From assembly GCA_040954595.2 (NCBI GenBank), contig CM082582.2, forward strand, positions 2,898,303 to 2,962,302: DNA of 64,000 bases, read 5' to 3'. The position numbers and the translations under genes were made by a program. Source of the DNA: Balanoglossus misakiensis (lineage: Eukaryota > Animalia > Hemichordata). A model generated the notes under the pieces. It did not search any database and was not told the DNA's origin. It was given only the letters and a program-made list of their open reading frames with translations. Shown here in pieces: positions 24,600-38,249 of this stretch. Numbering within the stretch: position 1 is the first letter of the stretch; each line of letters starts with the position of its first letter.

Positions 24600-25950
24600 T
24601 ATACAAGGTTTTGACAAGCAAGACTTCTCTGAGGAGTGTGACATGAGGCTGTCCTCCTGTCCACCCCCATGCCAGAATGATGTAGTCATCACTGTGGGTG
24701 ATGTAGTACGACAACTCAAGTACCGTATATGAAACCTTGGACAGCCCCTTTTTCTTCAGAGCTAAAGCAACATCCTTCATAATGAAATGTTTGATATTGT
24801 CTCATCTACTCCCCTATGTTCAGTCAAAAGTAGATCCTAAAGGTACGGATGACGCAGCTGCTTGTCTCCTTCATAAATTTTTAAAACACCTTGATAAAGC
24901 CGGGCACTATGCCAGGATTATATTCATCAACTTCAGTTCTTCTTTCAACACCACTTAGCGTCACATTATCATAGACATATCATTGCAGGTAGGTGCACCA
25001 TGCACCTGCAATAGTTTATTGGGTTTATAACTTCCTAACTGACAGACCACATTGTGAGAGAGTAGGGGAGGCCTATCTACTGTGGTCTTCACCAACACCA
25101 GTGCCCCAAGCCTGTGTCTTCAGGCTTAGCCCATTTTCGTTCATTTTCTATACAAATGATTGCCAGAGTAATTGTTCAACTAGTTCATTTCTTTCCAATT
25201 CTCTGATAGTGCAGCTGTACTTGTTCTTTTAAATGACACAAACTCGGAAACGGAATATGTAACCTTGGTAAAGTATTATTCTAATAGCTGTAATTCAAAT
25301 TTTCTACAGCTTAATGTTTCAAAGACAAAAGAACTTAACGTTAACTTTCGTCGGGTATCAGGACCAAATGTCCCAATTTGTATTGATGGTGAACCCAATG
25401 AACAGGTGGTCTTTTTTAAGTATCTTGGTGATATTCTTAACAATTAACTCTCCTTAAGTCAGCACACAACAGCTATTCAAAAGAAATGACAGCAAAGATT
25501 GCACATGCTCAAGAGGTTGTGTTCCTTTCATGTTAATTCACATCTGCTACTTTTGTTGTACTGGAGTGTTGTTGAACCACTCTGGACTTACTGCAATGTG
25601 TGTTATTGCTTTCCATTGTTAAAAGCAACAAGCATCTTTTGGGAGACCCACACCGGTTCTCTCAGAGCTTGTGCAATCACTGCTGATGTAAACCATCCAT
25701 TGTATTTCTCCTTTGAAATGTTACCCTCAAGTCATAGACGTCGTTGCCTTAAGTGGTCTAAGCTGAGGTTCAGCAACAGCTTTGTGCCAATGGCCATCAG
25801 GAAAGTTAATCCCTGATATGTATAATGTTTTTGTCCTTTTTGTGGTGACGTGATTTTGTTGTGTTTCTGCCTCGTTTTACACTGTTATTTTTAAAATTTA
25901 CTATTGAGCCAGAATAAGATTATTCTTTTTAGTACAATACAATACAAAGT
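24600..25950 (+). mobile_element. Decayed Rex1/Babar-type LINE (RT pseudogene)
   Basis: Fragments GTDDAAACLLH..HLDKAGHYARIIFINFSSSFNT, WVYNFLTDRP, FIFYTNDC, LQLNVSKTKEL, FKYLG, HPLY..FEMLPS and RFSNSFVPMAIR match the Rex-Babar ORF. Many frameshifts and stops. Confidence 0.82.
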
Positions 25951-26934
25951 TGTTTTTGTTGTAAACATTAGTCAATTCTCATCAAATCATGTAGATGTAA
26001 AGAAGAGACATTGAGCTTATTTTTTCAAGGGTATCACTGAAAATTATGGTATATTTAACAAACACTAGAAAAAGTAGAACTAAACATTTTTGATCTTGCA
26101 ACCTATACTAAGTTGCCAGCCGCCACAGTCCTGCATTGATCATCTCACAGAGTCATAATGTGGTGATGTTCAAAGGCAATAATGGTTCATCAGACCTTTA
26201 ACTTTACAACATTAATTGCTCTGACATTGATTTCAAATGTTGAAGTTTATTTGCAATGGCAACGGTTGAATTAGGATCTTGTTTTTCACTTGGTTGGTTG
26301 ATTGACAAACTTAAACATAGAATGCCATGGTGCTATTCTTTTGTACTGTTGATAGAGAAAGAATAGGTGACCTGTTCTGCAAAGTAGCTGACCAGATGTC
26401 TTGATGGCCCGGCGCCTGCTTAGTGAGAACTCAGAATTTTATAATTACACAATTATGAATTAAGTCCGAATTGTATTGTTTGGTCAATTACCTCTGTATT
26501 CCTGATTCTTGATGTTGGTAAACCATAAACAACCTTGTTTATTTGGATAGATTTTATGGGACCAAGAAGGTGGAAACTTAACATGGTCCTTTGTGGTAGA
26601 CGCACATTATACAAATGAGGACTAGAGAGAGGGTCACATTGAAGCACTGTGGGTACAGTTTGATATGACCAAGCTGAGGTGGCATACTTGCATCTAAATT
26701 TAACACACCCCTTTATGCGAGGGTTACGTCATTATACAAATTTGGACTAATATAGAGGGAGGGTAACACTTATTAAATGTTCTGCTGCTGGGAGAGATCT
26801 GCATTTAACACGACTGATTAACCCCAATTTCTCGTGCCTCCGCCCCTCAGAATAAATCAAAGCTTTGTTACAGCATGGAGGTACTCTCTAGTACTTCCAC
26901 GGTTACAGCAACCAATCCTCCCAACCTTAAATAG

Positions 26935-27273
26935 GTTTTAAGCTACCTAAGTGAGTGATGAAAATCTCATATGGTCAACACAATTTCAAGATGGCCAATT
27001 TTGGCCATGTTTAAAAAATGGGAGTTCATGAGCTAAAGTGATGATGGGTCATTCTGAAACTTTTTAACATAAAAAATAACAAAATGTGAAAAAAGTTAAA
27101 ATGAGTTGCTAACTACAAAACGGACATGTTTGACCAAAGGAAGTCATGAAATACAGTAAACATATCATTTCTTCTATCTCTTACTACAGTGGGTGTCGAC
27201 TTTTTGCCCAGAATGCAATGTGATTTGACCCCCCCCTAGCACAAAGTGAAATCCTATTTAAGGCAGCCAGAAT
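26935..27273. repeat. Dispersed repeat, copy of 5827-6170
   Basis: Direct colinear match. Confidence 0.8.
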
Positions 27274-27592
27274 TCATATTACCCCTCCAGTCAGTGCAGA
27301 TATAAGACCACACATTTAAAAAACAATTTTTTTTCATTTTTTTAATAATAAGTGTACACATCTGCATTGAACTAAATAAATAAAATAAATAAATATATAC
27401 ACTGAGTAAATAAAGTAAGTAAATAAATGTATGCTAACTAAACCTATGCTACCAAAACTAATAAACCTAATTAACTAAATACTAAACTTATACTAACTAA
27501 CTAACTAACTAACTAATTTACTTACTAACTAACTAACTATATACTAACTAACTAACTAAACTATTCAAAAATTTGGACAAATACATGTGTAC

Positions 27593-27853
27593 ACTCACTC
27601 ACTCACTCACTCACTCACTCACTCACTCACTCACTCACTCACTCACTCACTCACTCACTCACTCACTCACTCACTCACTCACTCACTCACTCACTCACTC
27701 ACTCACTCACTCACTCACTCACTCACTCACTCACTCACTCACTCACTCACTCACTCACTCACTCACTCACTCACTCACTCACTCACTCACTCACTCACTC
27801 ACTCACTCACTCACTCACTCACTCGGACGGACGGACGGACGGACGGACGGACG

Positions 27854-27897
<44 letters not shown>

Positions 27898-27898
27898 G
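27593..27898. repeat. Compound tetranucleotide microsatellite (ACTC)n-(GGAC)n-(AGAC)n, preceded by an ACTA-rich tract
   Basis: About 230 bp of perfect ACTC, then GGAC and AGAC runs with no spacer. Confidence 0.97.
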
Positions 27899-28341
27899 GT
27901 GTATCAAAATGGGTATTACTGAGGAGGGGTGGGGGGCAGTTTGGGCCAAGACTGGTTGGGGCATTTCAGAGGACATTTTAAAATCTAATTTACTTGAGGC
28001 ACCCCGAGAAAAATTTTAAGACATGTTCTCATGTGCCATGGTTAGGGCGCTCCTTTTTTTATTATCATAAGTGGGTAAACATTTCTTATCAGGGACTTCA
28101 AAATCTTGTGTCCACACATTTTACTTGAGTTTCAAATAGGTCGGAGATCAACAGGCATTTGCATGATCTGCTACCGATTCATTGTAACTTTTCATTGGAG
28201 GTTGCACTTGAAAGACAAAATGTAGTTTTTTTTTTTGGGTTATGAAACAAAAGTTACATGAAAAACTTGCTTGATTTCCGATCCATGTGCATGTATTGTA
28301 TTGCAGCAATCGAGTGAACAAGCTACGCCAGTATTCTAGTC

Positions 28342-28343
<2 letters not shown>

Positions 28344-28392
<49 letters not shown>
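28344..28392. repeat. Poly-T run (about 49 nt)
   Basis: Seen directly. Confidence 0.95.
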
Positions 28393-29638
28393 CGCTTTTC
28401 AAACTGTCACTCGTATCTTCTTGAGAAAACTCACAACTTGGGTTTTAAACAAAAACAATGTTGTGGAATAAACAACTACAAACACTAAGTAAAGGTCAGA
28501 AAAATTGCATCAAAGCTAAAAAAAGTATTCAAACAAGATAAATGATTACAATCAAAGATAAAATAAAAGATTTTGCAGATTTGCCATTCAGGCAAATACA
28601 GCCAAAGCAAGAGATGTCAAGCAAATCGAGCAACTCTTACAACAAGATGGAAAGTACACAAGTCATGCAGACAGTGACTGATTGAATGTTGATGCCATAG
28701 CATATTGGATGGTATTGTGAAATGTGTCTGTCAACAGTGTGTTTCAATGTAGCTCCCAGCAGTATTCACTTTGCGTGAATTTCTCCACGTCTTCAACCAA
28801 TTTGTCAGTCTTGTGGATCATTTGTGAGGTGCTATGATTAACCCCTGCAACTGTCAATCCAGCAGAGGCAATGTTATTAACAATGAATTGCACATGCATA
28901 ACTGACTTAGAGGGCCCAGAGGGAAAACCAGCTTCATTCAAAAACAAAGAATAGCTGGTGCCTTGGGGGTCTAAACCATGGGATTTGCAACAATAACACT
29001 GTTGTCCCCTGATATCAATGCATCCGTAGAAGAATTTGAAAAGCTTGGTGATAAAAATGCAGCAAATATGCAACATGCAAATGAGAGTAGTCCCTATAAT
29101 GACAGGAAGCCTTTTAATGGTCTCATAAAAAAAACTAGCAGAAAAGTCGTAAAAATTTCCCTGTGATGCATCGTTGGAGATCATACATTTTATGATTTTT
29201 TTCTATGGATATGAAAATAGTGGTACTTAAAGAGTGTGACAACCTATGAACAAGGATTAATTCTCACTACTTCAGCCTTGAAACAGAAATGCATTAAATT
29301 TTTGATAAAAACTATACTACGGTTCTTACAAAATATGTGCTGTCTTTTACCTGGCTACATGTTCCCTTTTGTTGAAAGAAGTTTGACAAATCAAAGTCCA
29401 GCCAGCTTTTGAAAGCATGGGAACATTGTGACCCGCAGCAGGTTAGAAAGGGGGACAGATCACATTTTCGGGGGACAATATATCAGGACAGTGTTCTCCC
29501 TGGGAAAAATCATAGAGTCAGGGCTAATTCCCATAAAATTTACATAATCATAGCTTCTTTTGGACAAATTTTACCACGGCCGTTACTTATCAAGTATGCT
29601 GACATTGGCACATCGTACTTACTAAGAAAGAATATTTA

Positions 29639-30209
29639 AGCAATAACCCCCGCCGCAGGCGGGTATACACGAGATTTGGGTACAATTCGAGACATATAGC
29701 ACGAGCCGTCAGGCGAGTGCTATATAGAGCGAATTGTACCCAAATCGAGTGTATACCCGACTGAGGTGGGGGTTATTGCTATTATATTATATCAACAATT
29801 GTTTTTGTGGCATATCAGTGTCATTTTCTTACCGAAACGGCGTCAGAAAGAGAAATTACGATCGTGAACCAACATGGCGACGATGAATGTAAACACGAGC
29901 GGCCGGATCGAGCATTAAACATGAAGCAGACGACAAAAAGTGACAAGACGGGCATCGCGCGTGGCAAACTGACAAATATTTCCACAGAGCAGTTCCAAAA
30001 TAAAATGTCCGTTAATTCAACAGTATTTTTGTTTTATTTATTTGGTTTAAACACGCGCGACTGTGGTTTAACCGCACATTTTGGCTGCCGTATGCTAGTT
30101 CAGGGGCCTGTTTTAGCACTGCCAGCAGTGCATTATTGAGTATTTTAGCATCGATGGATTGAGCTCTCGTCCAATCAGAATTGCGGACGGTAGAATGATA
30201 TAATATAAT
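29639..30209 (+). mobile_element. Double-hairpin (A..A'B..B') element related in architecture and termini to 5408-5686
   Basis: AGCAATAACCCCC..GGGTATACAC..ATTTGGGTACAATTCG pairs with CGAATTGTACCCAAAT..GTGTATACCC..GGGGTTATTGCT. The adjoining ATTATATTATATCA pairs with the terminal TGATATAATATAAT. Truncated inverted relatives lie at about 9372-9620 and 11020-11260. Confidence 0.7.
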
Positions 30210-31127
30210 GTCGTTTTTATATCCAGTGTAAAGTAGGCCTAGTGAAATACTATTACTAGTGAAAGTATTTGAAATTGACCTGGGGTTACGAAGTCCGCTA
30301 CAATAAAACACCCTGATGTTCCCACAACTTGCTATGCCCCTCAAAAACTGTGATGTTGTCATATTTTTTACGCGCTAGCAACAACCAGTAGTAAAAGAGA
30401 CTGATAAATGGATGCTGATATGATAGCCTGTTTATTGATGTTTTAAAATGGGGTAGAAATTTTATAGATGTCAGACATTTAGAGGCTAAAAAATTGCAAA
30501 TATTCAACAGTGTCGAGCAGTTTTCAAGTGGGAGTTGGACACCTTCCCACTATATGACAATTTACTGGCATACGGACGGGACCTTTGACACAAGCCACTT
30601 CTTGTGTCAGCTGCTCGATCGCGCGAATGGGTGGTTCAATTCAAGACACTGCGTTGTTTATCATGATGGTGGTTGTTGTTTCTTTTTTGTTTGTTTGTTT
30701 GTTTATTTATTTGATTGTTTGTTTCCCCGAACAGAACGCCTAATTCACCTGTGTCCTGGATGAAACACTGCCTGCCCATGCCAAGTTCACAAGTTTTCAG
30801 TGCCGGTTGTCTTTTACATCCTACTACATTATGTAATTTTTAGAAATTGAACATATCCTAAGACAAGACATCTCAGATTTTGTGTTAATTATGATAACTG
30901 CCATTGGTGAAGAAATGCTATTGTGTATTGTTGTTGTGTTTTTTTTTGGGGGGGAAAGATCAACATTCAGGATCAGATTAATTACTTTGATAATAATTTT
31001 TTTGCAATCATACCCCATCCTATTCTAAACAAAATCAAATAGTGCAAAGTAATTAAAAGTTTACCTTATCAAGTAGGCATAAATCAGGGCAGGTGGCAAT
31101 GAAATTTATCTTCCCTTCGCAATTATT

Positions 31128-32670
31128 ACCGGCCCTGGGCCGCTGTTAATTTTATAAGCCTGTGCAGACGCGCAGACACATGACATGACCTCCAACAAAA
31201 GTTGCTTCATCTTTTGTCATGTTTAGCTGAGTTGTTACAATGCTCGCACGAGCTCAGTGCATTCCTTGTGTTACTAGGCTATTGATGCTATTTATAGGAC
31301 GCCTGTCTAAAGATAACTTGTTCACTGAATAAAATGGCAGCACACTGCTCTTGACAGCGTGCAGAGCTGCAATGCTTCTTGGGTGATTCAAGCCGTGGAA
31401 GGTGTGAAATCACTCAGTTGTGTTCACTAAATTATCAAAAATTGAAAGGGAGTAGTAAGTTACAGTGAAAGCAAAGGTAGACGCAAAGCAAAAGTATAGG
31501 GGTGACAATCAGTCACATTGTTGCTCACTCAGGAAGAATGCATCACAGTGACCCATGAAGATTATTCCGTTGCGACAATCCAACATTTATTGCGTCAAAT
31601 GTCACAAGGCCGCACGCTAGCTGAAACACTGAAAGAGAGAGCATATTTGGTAGGCAGTCATACAACATTGGCACTTTTGTTTAAGTGTCAAGACAATCTG
31701 ACTTTTGCCAAATATTCAGAGGGTATCAACTTCAAGGACAGAAAACGTGGACATTCCTGCCTGCTATTTAGGTTAGTGGTTAGAGGTTAGAGGTTAATGT
31801 TAGTGGTTAGATTGGGGTTAAAGATTAAGGTGCAATTGCAATAGAAGGCTGCAATGTTCAAGTGTAACTGTCCTGAAAGCAGTCATCCGAATATCTGTAG
31901 GCCTGCAAGGTCCTAACCAGTAGACTGTGATAATTTGTGATTTCTAGACACAAGCAAGACATTCCTTCACTTGGTAACAGTATAATTTTATCATACAAGT
32001 AGTTTTTGTCTGTCTATCAGAACTATCCGCTTTGCTTTGTAAAATTTCAGATAATCAGTTGGAAAAACAAATGGGTGGCTAAGAATCCTAAATAGGTGCT
32101 CTCTCTGTGTTTTAAACACTAATACTATCTAAAATCACAAATTACAGAAATAAAACAATATACAGTGTTTCAGCTTGCGTGCGGCCTTGCGACATTTGAT
32201 GCAATAAATATTGGATTGTCACAACAAAATAAATCTTCATGGGTCACTGTGACACATTCTTACTGAGTGAACAACAATATGACAGATTGTCACCTCCCAT
32301 ACTTTTGCTCTGCATCCACCTTTGCTTTCACTGTAACTTACTACTCCCTTTCAATTTTTGATAATTTAGTGAACACAACTTAGTGATTTCACACCGTCCA
32401 CGGCTTGAATCACCCTAGAAGCAACGCAGCTGTGCACGCTGTCAAGAGCAGTGCGCTGCCATTTCATTCAGTGCACAAATTTTCTTTAGACAGGCGTCCT
32501 ATAAATAGCATCAATAGCCTTGTAACACAAGCAACACTCTGAGCGCGGGCGCGCATTGTAACAACTCAGCTAAACATGACAAAAGATGAAGCAACGTTTG
32601 TTGGAGGTCATGCCATGTGTCTGCGCGTCTGCACAGGCTTATAAAATTAATAGCAGCCCAGGACCAGTAA
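31128..32670. repeat. Inverted repeat with arms of about 500 bp (31128-31631 and 32163-32670) around a spacer of about 530 bp
   Basis: For example, TTTTATAAGCCTGTGCAGACGCGCAGACACATG versus CATGTGTCTGCGCGTCTGCACAGGCTTATAAAA. Inner ends GCTGAAACACTG / CAGTGTTTCAGC look like hAT termini. Confidence 0.85.
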
Positions 32671-32992
32671 ACTGCAAATGAATATGGCCGCCACCGTGAA
32701 AAAATGCTAGAAACAAGGAAAACGTTGCATTTCCCACTATAAAATTTCATAAACAAAGCATGATCTCATCCACTACAATTATGGAAGTAAATGTACTCCG
32801 CTGGGACATTACATTTTCATTTTTTATTGCAATATTGCAGGAATTTTCGATTTTCTTTAACTTTTGGCCATTTTGTCATAAATAAGTGATCTTGATATAC
32901 TATTAAGAAATATCATTTAATAGACATAATTCAAAGGATATATGGGATTATTTAAAACTTAAAATTTTTATCCAGTTGCAGCTCATGTACCT
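32671..32992 (-). mobile_element. Terminal fragment of a TTAA-targeting (Kolobok-like) element
   Basis: Reverse complement of about 47802-48145, which starts TTAA|AGGTACATGAGCTGCAAC. A related end is at about 22977-22998. Confidence 0.7.
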
Positions 32993-35673
32993 TTAATCTA
33001 ATCCTGAATGTTGATCTTTCCCCCCCCCCCAAAAAAAAAAAAAAATCACAGAAAAACTCAGACTCAGTCACAGATATCGAAAACAGAGGAATGGCGTAAA
33101 CATAAGATCAGCTGATTGCAGTCAATCCATGTACCGTACATTTCTAGTATCATATTCAAACATCAGGAAATAAATAATGAAGGTTTATTAACGCATGCGA
33201 AAATTCATTTAAGGGTTCTGCTGAAATATATTAGAAAAAGTTTTGATTTTTGTGAAATCTTGGTGAGGACTCAGGCAATATTTGCATTCATTGGCGTTCT
33301 CAGGAAAGTTCACGTATACGAGCGCTCGAAAAGTTGCATTACATAAACAAACTCGCCCTCGATCGACCCTCCATACCGCGTAGACAACATAACAGTGACA
33401 ATTGCGGCATAACTTTTTACGTATAACTTCGCTGACATGACTGCTTGGTACATGGTACACGGTATGTATGGTGAACGAATGTCAAATCCAGTATCATTGA
33501 GAGTTTTGCTTTACGTGTGGGACCGAGCCATGTTTAAAACTGCGCGTGATTCAAGAGCAGATGACATGTAGAGCCGCATTAGGAAGATAAAAATAAACAA
33601 ATCGCTAGTCAAGGTCAGATTTAAAATTAATAAATATCGCAGTACATTGTATTTATTCTGTGTATGTTTGCATTTCTTTTTTAGCCCTTAATATGTTCGC
33701 ATTGTTTGAAAACCTCTGTTATTCAGTCAGAAATTGTCCACGTCTGGCTGGTTCTTGAGTGCGTCGCGCGTCCACGTCATAACACGATACATTATCTGTA
33801 ATAATTTACAGCTATGACGTCACAAAATTCACTTGATAAAGCTATAATATTAAATATTTTATATCGATGTTGAGTGGCCTTAGTGATGTCCAAAAGAAGC
33901 TATGATTATGTAAATTTTATGGAAATTAGCCCTGAATCTATGATTATTCCCAGGGAGAACCCTGTCCTGATATATTGTCCCCCGAAAATATGATTTGTCC
34001 CCCTTTATAACCTGCTGCGGGTCACAATGTTCCCATGCTTCACAGTACAATATTTTACCCACAATTCTCCATGATTTGTATCATTGAACGTTGCCAATTG
34101 AATAACTTTTTCTTTTTTACATGCTAACAATGATATGAAGTACATATAAATATATTTATTTTTATATAGGAAAAGTATGTTAAGCAATAAGAGTGAAAAT
34201 TTCAAAATCAAAATTAGAAGCCATAGTCTAGATATTCATGTACTGCAAATGTCACACTTAAGGGGAAACAAGCAATGACTAACTGAGGTGGCCAGTCTCT
34301 GTTGAAAGTTAACATGTAAATTTCCTTTGTTCTGTTGATAGAAAAATAATTTTTTGTTTGATTAAACAGGTATTTCAAGTGTCCCTGTTTTACTTCAAAC
34401 TTCTTTGTATAGCTGGCTATGCAATTGCTTGATTACTTTATAAAATTAGTATCTCCTCTATCAATAATGCATAATTTTAAAAATAATTTGAAATGGTTAT
34501 TCTCAGTAAGATTTGCCTTAAAAGTACGATCTCGAACTTGGTATTAGTGATCTACAATTCTCTGTTCACATGTGAACTATGCCTGGTTTGACTGAGGATT
34601 ATCTGTTGGTACAAATCAGAATGAATCATGAGATATTTCTAGTACTGTGTGCTTTCAAAAGCTGGCTGAAACACTGATAATATACCAATTTGCTTGTAAA
34701 TTTGAGGAATTTTACCTGATGAAATAACAATTTGTATTTTTATCTGTCTAGCTGAATTTTGGTGATTATCATTATGCTCCATATTTGCCTTTGTACTTTT
34801 ACAAATATTTTTGATCGAGGTTGAAGATATGTAACACCACTAATATGTAGATTTGAATGTATTTGATAATAAACAGAGGTCGCGATAACATTTTTTTTGA
34901 GTGCGTATTTTTGATGCATTCATAAAAAAATGTGTCAAACTCCTTTTACTTAGCCTGCGTCGTACACATGTCTAATTCAAAATTCATCAAACAAAATTAG
35001 CTACATTTTGAGTACAAAAGGTCGGGCACGCAAGTGATTATTTTGATCCCAGGGGTAGTGAGCCGTATGCGTATGGTTTAATGTTGACCATTGTGCAAAT
35101 AGAGAGGCCATTCCTATGTGTCAATATTGATGCACTTATTAAGATTTTCACGTCAAATGAGTATTTTGGCGTCAAAAATACATAATTTTTGCGTAAACGC
35201 AATCTCTGATAAATGCACAATTTTTTTTTTAATAAACAGCAAAAATGGATGCATGGGCTGTTAAATTTCAGTCACCATGACGATGCATGTAGTCTGTGAC
35301 AAACGTAACATTCCATACAAAGCGTACGATTTCATTTTATGAGTGTCTAGCTATTACATTATATTTTCAGCGAATTTACTTGCAACACATTGCAGGATGC
35401 TACAATCTCTAGTGCAAAATTGTTTGCGAAATTATGTTTGGCTTTACATTATATGACAAAAGTGAACATGTGTGCATGACTGCCAGATGCTGTTATTTTT
35501 CATTTGTTAAGTATACCAGGTCTCATTCACTGGCTTTAGAGAGGCTTTATATATACAGACCCGCCAATAAGTATTTACGCACCTTGACCATGAACGTTTG
35601 CTATAAAAAATTATTCACAAAATCGATCGACTGTAACTTATTTCCGAAAATAAATAACCTACGGAAGGTTTAA

Positions 35674-36415
35674 GGTGGCATTGCATGAAACCGTCGAGAC
35701 TTTTTCAGAGGCCTATTTCTCATCAAAGACTACGTTAAAACCCCCATAAATAAACCATATATATTCTGGAAGCTGAGTTTTTGAACTTTTGTTTGAGTTG
35801 CAAATATTATTGATCGCCGGAAATGGTGGCGATTTTGGGTGAAAAAAAAACATTTTTTGATATTATGTCATTAAATTTAAATTAGGTAAAAAAGTTGACC
35901 ATGCATCATGCATCTTAATATGTCATTCGAAACTAGAGTACACGTGAAAAAAACGGTAATTTTGTTTTGCGTTATCTGCTTCCATTGAGGAGTAACAGCG
36001 TTTGAAAGTTAGATTTTTAGTAAAATTTGATCAAATTCACGGTGAGTTTAATTGAATCAGAGTTTATTCCCGCCAGGGACACTTTATCGACTAACAAAAA
36101 TACCGTTTTGTTGGATGGGTCATACACAATCCCCAGTTAAAATTTGAGCAAATTCGGCCAACGCAGAGCGAAGCTATTTTCGTCTGAAGTTGTCAAGAGC
36201 AGCGAAAATGCAAACTGAGAAAATGGCCATTTGCATTGTTGACACCTATTTGTTAAGCTGTGAACTCATTCAGAAAAGTGCTATTTTGGGGTGATTATGC
36301 ACCATTTCCGCCAAGACGTATTAGCCAGGATGTGGGTCAGTATTAGGCCTACTGATTTATATAAAAAAGTAAAATTTGGCAAAAATCACAAGTTTTCATG
36401 ATATGCAATGCCACC
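35674..36415. mobile_element. Kolobok-like MITE nested in the Tc1 5' region
   Basis: TTAA|GGTGGCATTGCAT ... ATGCAATGCCACC|TTAA. RR termini with a TTAA TSD. Confidence 0.85.
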
Positions 36416-36731
36416 TTAACCCATTTTAGTCAACACAGATGTGTTGCCGCGCCGAATATGACTGCATACGCGGCGTGTTTTTCGGCCAGTGAAATTTCCT
36501 ATGATTATTGCAATGGCGGTATACTCATTTTCATTAACTTTTCGAGCCATTGTGTCCGCGGCTAATTTCCCTCTATTCATATTTTAATCTCCACCAATCG
36601 GACCTTTTAAATATAATTCTGATTAAATTTTGGAGCGGGAAAATCTGCCAGATTTGCTTATGAATATTCTGATCGAGGTCGTCGGAGGTTGCTGCATAAT
36701 TTTTGTTTGTAAACATTGAATAAGTGAAATC

Positions 36732-37527
36732 ATGCTTAAAGTTCGCGAACTTCCTGAATTTGTGAAAGGTCAAATTGAGTCACTGCGTAGGCAAGGTTTG
36801 AGAAACCGAGAAATTGCAAGGAAGTTTGGAATCACCGAAGGCAGCGTCAGGTACAATATTCGGAAACTTGTTCGAAATGGTAGCACGGACAATTTACACC
36901 GATCTGGACGGCCAAGGCGAACAACTGAACGGGAAGACTGAATGTTGATTAGATCAAGTCTGACGGACAGATTCAAGACGGCCCGTGACCTCCGCGCTAA
37001 ATTTCATGAGGATACCGGGAAACTTTTGAGTATGAGCACAATCAAATCTCGATTGTATAGAAGAGTCAGACTCCGTGGATGTGTGGCCAAGAAAAAGCCG
37101 AAATTACAACCCCGGCACAATGCAGCGTGACTACGTTTTGCCCCGCGTTACGTCAACTGGACACCTGTTCAGTGGTCCCAGGTTGTTTGTGATTTTGTGT
37201 TCCAACAAGATTAGTCCCCCCGAACATACTGCCTTGGATGTGAAATCATTTCTGCAAAATCCCCAGGATTACGGCTATCCGTTCGACAATTTTACAACGT
37301 TGGAGTGACAAGCCTAGTCTCCTGATTTGAGCCCCATCGCGAACCTGTGGGAGTTAATCGACTTGGACATTCATTCCCGTCCAATACACAGCATCAACGA
37401 CCTATTTAATCGCATAGTAACATCTTGGGAACAATTCCTGCAAAATATGTGTCGGAAACTCGTCGATACTATGCCGAAGCATCAGCGAGAGGTCATTAGG
37501 CGAAGGGGTGGACATACCCATTATTGA
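36732..37527 (+). pseudogene. Tc1 transposase pseudogene (stops, frameshift, deletion around the first catalytic Asp)
   Basis: HTH region with GRPRRTTERED, KKKPKL, WTPVQWSQVV, FQQD..P.HTA, SPDLSPIxNLW and a C-terminal GGHTHY. Confidence 0.88.
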
Positions 37528-38249
37528 CATTTGGTTCGTTCGATTTCACCTCATGAATATTCATGACGTTCTTTGCATTGTTGTTCCCATAGAGAATGGA
37601 ATGTTTCGCTGACTCCGTCGCACATCTATTTTTACGTCGATATTTCTCGCTCAAATTTAATCGCAGATGAAAGATTTTTGTTGTATGACTGTTATTTCTC
37701 GTGAATTTATGAAATATATTTGAATTTTTGCTAAAAACTGTCTGCAAGGTGTGTTATTTCATGTTTCTGAAATGTTTTCACTGCAGAACGTGGGTGCATA
37801 AATACTTATTGGTGGGTCTGATACATGTACATGTCTGTACATATTATTCTTGATGTTGTTGTAAACATTTCTTTTGTGTCTGTTTCAAAGTCAGATGAGG
37901 TGGGTTATAACGCCTTGATTCATAGGATGTGTGACTTTTGAAAACCATCACTCACATTCATGGAAAAGTTTTATCCTAAAAACAGTATACTTCAGTTGTC
38001 CCTAATAATAGCCTTTGTGTAAATTTCCCCTCTCTAAAGTGAGACAGAAGTAAAGAAATCATCTTCATAATGAAGATGTATGGGACAGCTGGTGAAGTGC
38101 TCAATACATTCCCTTCAGTGTGTGTTCCACTAGATGAAACAGTACTACAATGTGGAGGCAGTACGGATGAGGTGCGTTCAGTTGGCATCCTTCAGTCTTG
38201 AGAGATCAATTGGATCTTCATGCTGGGATGCTGGTCTAGGTCTGGAACA

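Larger units (their letters stand above)
35556..37820 (+). mobile_element. Decayed Tc1/mariner transposon
   Basis: TIRs CAGACCCGCCAATAAGTATTTACGCACC / GGTGCATAAATACTTATTGGTGGGTCTG. TA precedes the left end; the right flank is AT rather than TA. Internal transposase remnants present. Confidence 0.9.

Noticed and set aside
27573-28019. THSL-repeat ORFs
   Set aside because: Translations of the (ACTC)n microsatellite.
28744-29184. 146-aa minus-strand ORF
   Set aside because: Its end matches a diverged repeat at about 41330-41430. Probably a decayed TE remnant with no assignable motif.
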